Positions 48,931 to 60,739 of a DNA stretch of 64,000 nt are shown piece after piece (position 1 is the first letter of the stretch; every line of letters starts with the position of its first letter). Below the pieces are notes generated by a model. That model worked only from the letters and a program-made list of their open reading frames with translations. It did not search any database and was not told the origin of the DNA. The stretch is from the NCBI RefSeq assembly GCF_038025025.1, contig NW_027117349.1, positions 124,001-188,000 of the forward strand, written 5' to 3'. A program made the translations under genes and the position numbers. The stretch comes from Phyllosticta citribraziliensis. Its lineage: Eukaryota.

Positions 48931-50804
48931 TCAATTCTTGGTCGGTACCGTGTCATTCTCAGTGCTCGGATGCCTGACCTCTAACCCCTCGATGACCTCG
49001 TCAATCTGCTTCATGTTGGTGTCCTTCATGTGGTACTTGATGATGGGCAGCATGCAAACGGGGCCAAGTGCCACGAGCTACTCAAATCAGCTTTTACTCG
49101 AACTGTTCACGGGCCAAGGGGTATGCGTACAAACCAACTGGAACCGAACAAGAATTCTTTGCTGTATCCTTGGAGGTCGAAAGTGTAGGCACAGATTTGA
49201 CAGAGCGCGTTCAGTAGGCGATACATGGCGCAATATACTGACAGCTGTTGTTTTGTTAGCCATCTCATGTGAAAATCCGGGCCAGGAAAGGGGGTGACAT
49301 ACCTCCGACGTCTCATTCGACAGCGCTCCCATGAACCAAAAAGCGTAGCAGTTGAACGTGGCGTCGCCAAAGCCATACATGGTAAATAGGAAGCACCACC
49401 AGCCGTAGTTTGCGTCGTACACGTCTCGCCGGTCGGCCTCTTCCAGTCCGTACACGGTTTTGTCCATGGCCCAGTAGCCGCCGAGCCACACGGCGTTGAA
49501 CGAAATGAAGACGTACAGCAGGCCCCAAAACGCCCGCCAGCGCCGCTTGCAAGGTAATTTGTCGGTAAAAATGTTCAAAAGCCACGCCGCCGGAATCTGG
49601 ATGACCCCGGAGCAAAAGGTGTTGAGGGCGCGTCCGCGGACAGTGAAGACCGGCGCGTTGAAGCAGTTATTCTGGTAGATGACGTAGTAGTTGACGGCGA
49701 AGAAGTAAGGCCACGCGTACGCGATCCACTTGTGGTCCATGAAGACGTAGTAGCTTGTCTTGACCTCCTCCATGAAGGTCTTTTGCTTTTCGAGGAGGAC
49801 GCGGGAGCCGTCCTCGCGGACCATCCTTTGCCAGGGGTAGAGGGCTAAGCCGAGAGCGGAGCCGAGGAGCATGAGAATCATGAAACCGATGTAAGTCCCG
49901 TCGGTCACGGTGCTCTTGTTATTGTCGCCGGCGTTCCAATTTTGGGCAACGGGGATGGCGGCGCCAGTTGTTAAAGTCAGCAACTGTGGTCATACTACGT
50001 GCGGGGAGCGCTCACCTATCACCACACCGAATTGGAAGATGGACCAGAATATCGAGACGTACATGCCCTTCTTTTCCTCTGACGCGAACGCGGTGATGGC
50101 CGTTCCTTCAGCTACCCACAAAAACGCCGCGCTAAACTTTCAGTCAGTCAACGCACTTCAGAAGGGTTGGTTTTGGCCACATACCTGAGACCACACCAAC
50201 TTGCTCCAAATACCACAAAAGGTACATTTGCGGTGCGATTGTAACACCAGAGCGAGGCCGCGTACTGCCCTGGTCAGTCTGGTTCTAGAATTTTGCGTGG
50301 ACTGGCTTACCGCCGCATAACCGATTCCACCAAAACACAGCGTCTTGCGCAAACCAAAATAATTCAGACAGGCCGGCGCGATGAGATTGAAGACCGTAAA
50401 AACAGTGTAGAGCGAGATGTTGGCTATGTCGCTGAGCCAAGCTGTTTGTTGCCCGGCGCCACCTATTCGGAGTCAGTGATTGGAAAGGGTGTTTCAGTGA
50501 TCTGACCACTCACCAAGAAACGTGATAACATTGTACATGCCCACCGTCAGAAATAAAACACAACCGAGCATGATAGCTTGGACTCGAGGGTGACTGTAAG
50601 CCCACACGGAGACGCCGCAAATAATGTGCGACTTGGGGAGCTGCCCGTCGTGTTAGCCGCGCCAGCTGTCACCAAAAACAAAACATTTGTGAATACCTCC
50701 ACGGCTCCTTTCACATAGCGCGTCTGCTCCTGTGTGAGCTCAGCATGCTTTCCTCCGGCTGCCACAGCATACGTGACGTCAGAAGCCTGTTTTTCCGAAT
50801 CCAT
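48931..50804 (-). CDS. UNC93-like (DUF895) MFS membrane transporter
   Basis: Spliced segments ...VGMYNVIT..LGGAGQQT..., LWVAEGTAITA, FWSIFQFG, YIGFMILMLLG, MVREDGSRV, FTVRGRALN, YGFGDATFNCYAFWFMGALS. Matches fungal UNC93-like proteins. Many introns; stop at 48931-48933. Confidence 0.78.
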
Positions 50805-51400
50805 TGTTGGTGAGGCTCATAGGCGAGGGAAGATTTCCGACGGCGACGAACAAGGCAGGCATTCGCTATGAGCGCTAATGTCTGGCATTCCACTGACAAA
50901 ATAAATAACGGATTTTGACATGCCGTGGTTGTGCTATCGCAAGACTCAGAGGGAACCTGGCTTATCATTGGCCATGCAAGGTTAAGCTTCTCAAAGGCCT
51001 GTTTAGGAAATCGAGATGGGTTACCGGAATTGGCATGAGAGCGGGATCTTTCAGTGGCCAAGAGCCAGGAGATCATTGGGCGAGCCGCACTCGCCGTATG
51101 CGCGAACGAACGGTCCTGTCTGTCGGGCTTGCAGCGATAATGATCGCATTGGGAGCAATCGTGTGATGCGCAGGGTCATTGTTCAACCAGATCGCTTGGG
51201 TCTAGACTTGAGATAAGCAGATGCAGACCAGAGAGACGTTGGAGCTTGACAAGAAACGCCATGTGAAAATGGAGGCACGGCACTGACGATGGGAGATGAG
51301 CGATTTGAAAGAGAGTGCGAGTGCGAGTGCGGGGTCGACCAACTGCCATCTTGAGAACATCACCGCTCTACCGCATCTTCCACTCGACAATACACACAAC

Positions 51401-53576
51401 ATGAAGACGTCTCCGACTCCTGGCCCCCGGACAAACTCTCTTGCTTTCGCCAAAACTGATTGTTTCTCCTGCGCCGCGATTGGCCGGCGCTGCGACCGAC
51501 TGAGGCCACTGTGCCACGCCTGTTTGCAGACTGGGACAGCATGCCGAGGGTTTCCCACGACTTTGTCATGGCAACACAAACGCAGCAATATCTCTCGAGG
51601 CGCAACAAGAAGCCCAAAGAAGAGCGATGTTTCAAGCAAGCAAGGCGCGTCGCCAATATCCGAGTCGCCAATATCAGTTTCGCGAAGAGGCGCGTCGGCG
51701 CAGTCCTTCAAGTTCGTGACCGCGCGCCCTTGGAAACAACAAAGGAAAAGCTCAGCCGCAAAATCGCCTCGTGAAAAAGACTCCTGCTTGCAATCTCCAC
51801 GAAACACAGAAATGCGGTCAGACAATTCACCCATTGATATTGCTACTGTAGAGTCCGATGCTACCACTGGCTCGCCTACCATGAGCAAGCCTCAAGATAA
51901 TGTGCCACTGCAGGCACAGGGTACGCACGCTCCTGTGTTCTTCATTTTACTCATACTGATAGTTTTTTGCAGATGCTCTCTTAAGCTATATGGACTCTGA
52001 AGATGACCACCAGCTTCTTGATCCCGTACAGGTGCCGGAATCTTCTACGTCCATATTTTCCCTTCTTGACAATGACAGCAATCTGTCAAACCAAGGCCTA
52101 CCTGATCTTGACGCATTCACTTGGGATCAAATCCCCACCAGCTTTGGCATTCCTCCCGAACTCGAAGACAGTATTGGATGCTCCTTGTTCAGCCCACAAG
52201 CCACAGTGTTTCCCAACGCTCCTGTCCCCTCACTCTCTACGACACCTCTGTGCAAAAAGCTCTTCTACCCAGAGAAGGTATCGGAGCTCTTGAACTTGTG
52301 TGAGCTTCCCCAAACAGTCTGTTTTTGCGACTGCTTCTAAACCCGTGGCTGCAGATGACAGAGAATTCTGTTCACTTCCATTGACACATGATATCGCCGC
52401 AAACCCCTTTCGTGTTGGCAAAAACACGTCAAGTGGTTCCAAACTGCTGCTCAACGCCATTCTGGCTCTTTCTTCGTACCATTTGAGTCGCATGGAGCCT
52501 ACTTGGCAGGATGACGCGCATAGCTACAAGGAGTCCACTGACAGGCTATTGCAAGAGAATTTTGCCGATGAATCAGATGATCAGCTAAAGTCCAGCCTGC
52601 TTGATGCAGTTCTGACAGTATTCACGCTCGAGGTAAGCTGCTCGACGTCGTGGAGCGCACGAAGCTAACTTGTCCCGCTATAGTCTGCGCAGTCGGCCTT
52701 TGGTTTTTGGCCTGACCGGTTGAAGAAGGCGCTCAAAATACTCAACCGCATGGGTATTGAAAGCCTGCGCAGTTCGTCTCGGCTTCGCGCGCAGACAGCG
52801 ATGCTTCTATGGTAAGCTAATGCTCACAGCAAGAGACCTTGGACTTACCAAGTAGGTGGGACTCCACAATTGCCTTGATATCCCGAAGAGGTCTCATTTT
52901 CCCCTCTTCGTACTTGTCACTGCTTTCCGAGTACGATAAACGCGACGAATGGAGCTTCTTCCAGGTCTCCGGATGTTCTCTGGAGCTAGTGCTATGCTTG
53001 ACCAAACTTGGCCAATTGGCTGTGGAAAAGGAGATTGCGAGCATGATGAATTGGGTGCGATTCGAAGAGAAACCCATTGATGAGATCGAATCGACTTTGG
53101 AGAAGATGAAATTCCCGGACTCGAATTCACCCAACGACTCGGAGGAAGACGTACAACGAGAGCGCGACAACCTGCATTGCACTGAAGCATGGCGAAATGC
53201 TCTCCTTCTCTACTCCAGCAGAGTCTTCAGGTGGGATCGGCAGTCGAAGCCTCCCGCGAAACTTTCTCGCTACGCCAGAATCGTGCTGGACCACACCAAG
53301 TCTTGCCGGAGGACATCGACAGTGCAAAAACAATTGCTTCTGCCCGTATTCTTGGCTGGAGTCGAGCTTTCAGACAGTGAGGCGCGAGGCTTTTGTCAGG
53401 AATACTGTCAATGGTGGAGCCAAAAGTGTCGATACGAAATGTTCTCGACAGTCAGCTACTTGCTGCATGAATTTTGGGAGGAGAAAGACAAGTCCAGAGA
53501 CAGCGCAAGTCTGTGGTGGGGTTCCATGATTGACCGCAAAACACCCACTCTGACCAACCAGTTTCTGTTTGGGTAG
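51401..53576 (+). CDS. Zn(II)2Cys6 transcription factor with a fungal-specific (Fungal_trans_2-like) C-terminal domain
   Basis: DCFSCAAIGRRCDRLRPLCHACLQTGTACRGF..LSW cluster; later LLNAILALS, WDSTIALISR, EAWRNALLLY, QKQLLLPVFLAG. About four introns. Start could be 51296 or 51401. Confidence 0.85.
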
Positions 53577-53802
53577 CGTGCAGGTGATGGACGGCATTTC
53601 GACATTCATCTTCGCCTTACTGATAAGAAAATCAGACCCTGGTAAACCGAGCCAATGGCACGCGAGTTTTGACTTCCCAGATAGGCAACCGAGTTGGCAG
53701 GATATATGCTGGGCCATACCACATCTCTTCGCCCGCCACTAAGTGCCCAACCTTGACGAAAGCTCGCTCCTAGCTTGAAAATCTTACCTTATCAAAGCGA
53801 AT

Positions 53803-54999
53803 ATGGCTGCCCTCGGATTGGCTCACGGCGCGCCGACCTCTTACTCACCCAGCAAGATGAACGGCGCTACGAGTAATGGTCATACAAACGGTACTAGCAA
53901 AGAGTCTCTCCCCAAAGTTCGCGTCTTGCCCAACACCGCATCGGTCGACGAGGTCGTCGATGCGTTGAAGGTCGCCGGAGGCGTGGTAATAAAGAATGCT
54001 GTGCCACATGAGGACCTCGACGTCATTGAGAGTAGGATGCTCCCAGTTCACGTCATTTCAAAATACTGACAAGACCAAAGAGGATCTCAGACCACTCCTC
54101 GAGAAAGATGCGCCTTGGGATGGCGAGTTCTTTCCAAAACAAACCCGCCGCTGCTACGGCCTCATTCCTAATTCCCGGACGTGCGCCGAAAAGGTCGTCA
54201 TGCACCCTCTCTACCAGGCTACGTGCGATAAATTCCTGACGACCAAGAACTGGTTCTGGAGTGGCCACAAGAAAACGTACGCCACAAGTCGGCCACAGAT
54301 CATGAATTCAGTCTGCTTTTCGATCAATCCAGGCGCTCACAAGCAGCCTCTGCACAGAGATGATTGGTGCTACCACGTTGTTAACAAGAAGATTGAAAAG
54401 TACCCCGAAGACCTCCAGCGCGACACAGGTCTTGGCTGGTTCGTAGCAGCCAAAGACGCCACACAAGAGAATGGCTGCACCCGCTTCATCCCAGGTAGCC
54501 ACCTCTGGGAGCACGAACGCGAGCCAGATGACAGTCTGGTCGCATACGCGGAACTGAAGAAGGGCGACGGCTTTATGATGTTCGCGAGTTGCTATCATGG
54601 TTTGTTTGATTCCCACTCTGTTCTCAACCGCACCAGGAAAAGGGGTTAATGATGGGCCAGGCGGCGGCGCAAACAAGACCGAGGACGAAGAGCGTCTACT
54701 TTTCAGCTGCTTCATGACGCGGGGCTGGCTGCGTCAGGAAGAGAACCACTATCTCAACATGAGCTTGGAGACGGCAAGGTCTCTGCCTCTCGAGCTCCAG
54801 AAGATCGCTGGCTACGACTTGAGCGAGCCATTCTTGGGCTGGGTCAATTCGACCAACCCGCGTGTCGTTCTGGATCCGACTATCGAGGCAAGTCCATCAA
54901 CTCTTTTACCCATGACTTTGTTTGTCGAACTAACACTTTGCGTGTGTACAGGGCGGAAAGGACATGGTGAAGAACGAGAACGATGATGAGAAGGAATAG
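53803..54999 (+). CDS. Phytanoyl-CoA dioxygenase (PhyH)-family Fe(II)/2-oxoglutarate dioxygenase
   Basis: Motifs LKVAGGVVIKN, FFPKQTRR, PGAHKQPLHRDD (HxD), NGCTRFIPGSHLW, CYHGGGAN (distal His), RGWLRQEEN. Three introns, the last probably GC-AG. Confidence 0.9.
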
Positions 55000-55540
55000 A
55001 TACTCGGTGATTTCAAAGAATGGAAGGGCGTCTTGCCAACTGGCGTAGAGTTTGTCTAGCTAAATTACCGCCGCGTACGCAGATAACCAAATTGACCTTC
55101 GGCGCAAAGAGATCCGTGCCGTGTTGAAGCTTCCTTGACTCTGAGCAACACGACTCCACGTGATGTGCCCACTGTACAAAGTTGCGGGGAAGGCAACCCC
55201 CTCCCAAATCCAACCATGGCATGCATTCGAACGGATAGGCGACTCATGGAGCTTCCCTGTCCATATCTCGCGGCTATTCTTATCAGCAGCGGGGCAGCAG
55301 CAGAAGACATGCATCTTTTCATCAGTCCAGTACGCGCGGATGCTAGATAACAGTATTCCCTTTATAGGCAGGAAAGGTGGGAGTCTTTGGCCTCTGCGGC
55401 GTGAATATTTTGTGGGTCAAGTGGCTTTTGATGGGGGGGATCACAACGAGTGAGTGAGTGAAAGCACGGTTTAAGTTGCAGCACCAAGCGACCATTTGGA
55501 AAATTTACCCGTGATAATTTCTTGCAGAGCCCAAGCAAAA

Positions 55541-58014
55541 ATGGCCAACGCAGCAGCAACCACAGCGAACAAGCGCATCACAAGCGCCGTAAAGCAAGAT
55601 GCCCCTGAAATCATTGGTTATGTCGAGCCGTGGATAGCGTCGCCGGGGGACATTGTCGACGTCAAGGTATGAACGATCCCTCCGTATCTGTCATCCAATT
55701 CGACGACCGCGAGCCTGACGAACGCTCCCCGTGCACACATAGGTCTCCAGCACCGTCCGTCGCTACCAGTATCAGCTCGTGCGGCTAATCCAGGGGCTCG
55801 ACCACCCAAAGGCGGCGCCGCTGCGCAAAGAAGTCATCGCCGACGTGCTCGTTGGGACATGTACGCAGGGCCGGCCGCAGCGCGCGCATCCGGGATCCTA
55901 CGCCATTGTCAATTCGTGGGGAGGCGAGTCCGTTGTTTCTGCTGGGGCTGGTTTGACTGCTACGGTGTTTGTCCAGCCTTGGCTGCCGTGTGCCGGGCAC
56001 CCGCAGACGCTGCTGTCGACGCTGAATGTCGAGGAGAACACCGGCATCGAGGTCGTCATCCAAGAAAATGGGTGTCTCGCACTGTACGTCGGGACGGGGA
56101 GCGATGTCGAGGTCGTTGAATCGAGCGTCGAGTTGCGACGGTGGCGGTGGGCTCAAGTCAATGTTCAGGTCAAGGGGCGAGATGCGGAGCTGAGCATCAT
56201 ACATCTCAATCGACTGCTGGAGAAGGCTCCCGATCCAGCCCGAGTCCAGAAAAGGCTGAAATCCGACGTTGTGCTCTACTCTCCTGGCTCTCCGCTTCTC
56301 CTCGGTGCTGGTTTCGTCGGCACCAGTTCTGACGCGAAATCTCCAGGCCCGACCAACTTCTTGAACGGCCATTTGGATTCTCCAAGGCTACTGGCAAGCG
56401 GTGGATCTGGAGAGAGCAAGACGCTGGTGAAATTCGACTTTTCCGTCGGCATACCAACAGACAGCATCTTTGACGTCTCGGGCAATGCACGACACGGCCG
56501 CCTGATGAACGCTCCCAGCCGCGCTGTCAAGGGACACGACTGGGACGGGTCAGAGCCTGACTGGACCAAGGCAAAGTTCGGCTACGGCGCCATTCACTTC
56601 CACGAAGACGACCTCGACGATGCGGCATGGGAGACAGACTTTCAGCTGACGATTCCTTCCGGCGCGCTCTCAGGGGCTTACGCGGTGGAAGTGTGGGATC
56701 CAGAAAATCCCAAGCTCCGCGATTCCATCACGTTTTTCGTGCGGCCAAGTCGTCTCCGCGGCACCGCAGCTCAGAAAAAGACAAGAGGAAGCAGCCAACC
56801 GGATGTGGCCATCGTGTTGAGCACATTCACCTATCTAGCCTACGCCAATGAACACATGTACGACGAGACAAAGAGAACCTTCATGGAAGTCCCCGGGGGC
56901 GCCACCATTTCGGAGAGCGAAGACTTTTATCGCATGGTGCGCCGCAGCGACCTCGGTCTGTCAATGTACGATGAGCACCGCGATGGTTCGGGCAGCGTCT
57001 TTTCCAGCTCAAAGCGTCCGATCCTGAATGTCCGCCCAGGATACATCATGTGGGCGTTTGACCGGCCGCGCGAGTTCAGTGCCGACTTGCTAGCCATTGG
57101 ATTCCTCGAAGATAGACTCGGTCGCGGCAACTACGACGTAGTCACTGACCATGACTTACACCTCAGTGGCGTGGAAGCTTTGTCGGGATACAAGTGTGTT
57201 TTGACCGGGTGCCATCCCGAGTACCCATCGTTGGAGTCCTTGAATGCATACTCTGCGTATGCTCGCGGAGGCGGAAGCATCATGTATCTGGGCGGCAATG
57301 GGTTCTACGTGAGTTCCTTGTCAGCAAGCGCAAGAAAGTCCTGGCTGACTTTGAATGTAGTGGGTATCGGTCACTGATCCCAAGCGGCCGCACCGCCTAG
57401 AAGTCCGCCGCGGCGACCAAGGATGTCGTTCATTTGGACTGCCCGCCGGCGAGACGATCCACTCGCTAAACGGCCAGCAAGGCGCCTTGTGGCGCTCGCG
57501 TGGACGGCCCGCGCAGTCGCTCTTTGGCGTCGGCAGTGCCGCATGTGGCACAGGTCCGGGCGTCCCTTATGCACCCACTGCCGCAGCGCTCAAGCCGGAA
57601 TTCTCCTGGCTATGGCACGGGATACCACCCCAGGACCGCAGCCTCATCGGCGTCGAGGGCTTTGGCGGTGGCGCCAGCGGAGACGAGATCGACAGGCTCG
57701 ATTTTGACCTCGGAACGCCCCTGAATGCGGTACTGCTCGGTTCTAGTCTGCGGCATAGTGACAAGTTTGGCTTGTTCAACGAAGAGCAAATGTTCCCAAT
57801 GGTGGATACTCTGGGTCCAGAGTGCGACAGGGTGAGGAGTGACATGGTGTTTTACGAGACGGCGGCAGGTGGATGCGTCTTTAGCGTTGGCAGCATCAAC
57901 TGGTACTCCAGTTTGGCGTATGATGGCTACCGCAACAATTGCGCCCAGGTGACGGAGAACGTGTTGAGAAGATTTGTCGCCTGGGGAAGACAGAAGAGGA
58001 AGTCCCATTTGTGA
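55541..58014 (+). CDS. N,N-dimethylformamidase large (beta) subunit-like protein
   Basis: Motifs IIGYVEPW..PGD.VDVKVS, a LamG-like segment (FLNGHLDSP), NAPSRAVKGHDW, YGAIHFHEDDLDDAAW, TYLAYANE, GLSMYDEH.DGSG, TGCHPEY, MYLGGNGFYW, GDEIDR, GGCVFSVGSI. Introns 55667-55742 and 57309-57360. Confidence 0.87.
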
Positions 58015-58926
58015 AAGAAGATGCGAATGCTTTTTGTCAGACCGGATCATGCTCCCTAGCTATGGATACAATACCAACGTGCACTACAGCAATTTTCTTC
58101 TCTGAGTATACAGTTGAGTGTAAGACGTATCCTTTAGATTCTCAGAATGCAGCTCGCGTGCGTGCTGGACAACTGCAACGGTAAAGTCTTCCTGGCAGGA
58201 ACATGCTCGTCAAAGACATCGTCAAGTTGCCGAAGGACATGCACCGAATGCAAATCCGAATCCGCCATTGCCAGACTGATCGGCTAGCCGAAACACACCA
58301 CCTGTGCATCCGAATACGAAACTCGCTCGGGAACCTGCCTCTTTTTGGACACTCGGCTCCGCAAAACAACTACCGTCCCGTTTGCAAAGCCGATGCGAAC
58401 TCGAGCCGGCGTTTCCATCTGACACTCGGGCGATGGTATAAGAGAACTCCTATGCACATTCAGACGTTCGACGCGAAAGAATGGGCGGGAATCACCTGGT
58501 AGAGTTGGCTCGTTGTTTGTGTTTGGGTTCAAGTGCAATGACCGTAGTGCCGGAAGGTACTTCATCAAGTTCACTGAAAACCGGATCAGCAACAGATGAC
58601 AAATGGCCATGTCAGCTTCTGGAGCCACGATACGTCTGGAAGCTTTGCCAAGGGCTCCGCTATCTTGGCCATCTTGGTAAAAATGGAAGCCAGACGAGTG
58701 GTGACAGTGCCCAAGTGGCAGGGAGTCGTGTCAACGACCGGTACAGGGTAATGCCAACATCAACAGTGCAGCTCGTGCACATTTCCCCGTCTAAACATGG
58801 CAGGCGGAAGGGCGCGATGTTTCGCTTGTTTGAGGGCCGCAGGATGACGAGATTGTTTGAAGAAAGATGAGGCTTTCTGAGTTATCCTTGCCGTGTAGGA
58901 GTGTTCGAAAAGACCCATCTCTATAT

Positions 58927-60470
58927 TCAGGGCGTTGTTGGCGTGCCTGGAATCCATCCGACCTGCTCCACATGCCAGTGTATCCGATGGCGGTAGTCGG
59001 GAGGGAGAAAGTTGTACGCACCCGCCACTACATGCTGAGGCCAACCCTGCATGAACCAGTGGTTTTCGGGGGGGAATGATGTCATGAGGACTCCGAGAAA
59101 AGCAAAGATGAGGAGGGCGAGTGGTTGCTTTTGTTGGATGCAAAGGATGAAGTCGTTCGACGTGCGATACATCCAAGCGAAGATGGACGACATGTACGGA
59201 TTCTGCTTCTTCTCTTCCTGGTTGCCCCAAACGGCAAGATAGGACTGATTTAGACGCATGACTTCCCCCAAGTAGGTCTCAGTGTTGGGATCGTCGGACT
59301 CCGATATGAATATGCGAAAATCTTCCAAATGTCGTCTCCAATCGGTTGGTGGCGTCGGCTCAGAGCCTCCGTAGTCACGCACTCCCCTGTACTTGAACAT
59401 AATTGCCAGTTCCCCGGTTGAAAGCGTGTGGTAGACCAGTCCAATTATGGAGTTTACGCCTCGGAAAAGCGGTAGCCATTCGGCGCTCCCGTGGTCGCCG
59501 AACAGGAGATACTCGCCGGGTCGGGGGCCTTTGGACATGGCGTAAATGGCAATGACGGATACGGAAAGATAGAGGGCCACACAGTTGTCCTCGTTGAGTT
59601 GCGGGAGTAGAGCAGTGACTTGTCGGACGCCAACAGTATAGTGGCGTTCGGCATGCAGAATATAGTGCTCTTTTCGATTCGGTCGGGCGTGGGCAAGGGA
59701 TAGTGCCGCATAGCCCAAAGCAAGATGGAGGAGGAATGGGTGGGAGAAGCCAATCTTGGGCACTAGACTCTTCCAATACTGACTCAATGGTGGAGATCCA
59801 AAGAAGTTGCCGTGCCCTTCTAGGGAGAAATGGTGCATCAGGTCAAGATCGACCAAGTCGTCTTCGGATGTTTCCAATGAAGTTGGAGAAGGGGCATTGC
59901 TCATCAAGGCAGGCGTAGCACCAGCGTTGGGTTGAGGTGTCGGCTGGGGTGTTGGGGCCGCGAAAGCGGGCGAAGGGTTGTGAATCTTTCGAGGCCTGCC
60001 CCTTTTTCTCTTTGGGGGTTCAGCGGTCGATGGGGCAGGTGCAGCTATCACCTGCCCCAGGACGCCGGTAACGTAGTCGCAGCGCAAGTCGTGTTTGGAG
60101 CAGTTGACACATTCGGGTTTTGTTTCATCACACTGTACGAGATCAGTAAAGGTCTTAGGGGACGTACGTTGGCCAAAGAATCGAGAGGCTTTGACATGGG
60201 CACGTGATTGAATGCTCCTGCAAAGACGGGACCTAGCAAGCTGCCCGAAGCAGCGTCCGTTGTTTATCGGAACATGGCCGAGTCTGAGGAATTTATGAAA
60301 CAAGTAAAAGGTACCTTTATCCGCCGCGTTTTGCAGTTTCCACAGCCAGTTCGAGACTTCCGATGTGTCCTCCTGGACAAGAGTTTCTTGGTGACGGCGT
60401 CTTGGCCATCATTCTGGTCAGACATGGCAGCGGGCGAAGCATTGTGGCTGCCACGATCCCAAGGCTCCAT
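58927..60470 (-). CDS. Zn(II)2Cys6 transcription factor (UPC2-like / C6 finger family)
   Basis: RRTHRKSRTGCGNCKTRRIK|CDETKPECVNCSKHDLRCDY across intron 60133-60314; AT-hook-like KRKRGRPRK; DLDLMHHF, GFSHPFLLH, WLPLFRGV, HWFMQGWP. Confidence 0.87.
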
Positions 60471-60739
60471 GGCGCGAGCCAGGCTTCGAGTGGTGGAGAG
60501 GAGGAGCAGTTGCGAGGAGACGGTAAACGGCAGCCTGATGTAGGCCGTAGGAACGACGTCCGTCGGGAGAAGCCCGGATGCACAACCCACCAATGGAAGG
60601 AGCTGTGGCTGAGTCGAACGCCTACGGAAACGAATAGCACAAACAGCCCGAACCGGATCCTTGAAGCAGAAATGTAAATATGCCAACCTTTCTCCATACT
60701 CCAACTTTTCCCCGCCTCTAACCCAAGCTTCATTATTCG

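Noticed and set aside
58142..58870. Short ORFs after the DMFase-like gene as a candidate small (alpha) subunit or decayed gene
   Set aside because: Frames are interrupted by stops and show no similarity I can recognise; BLASTX would be needed.
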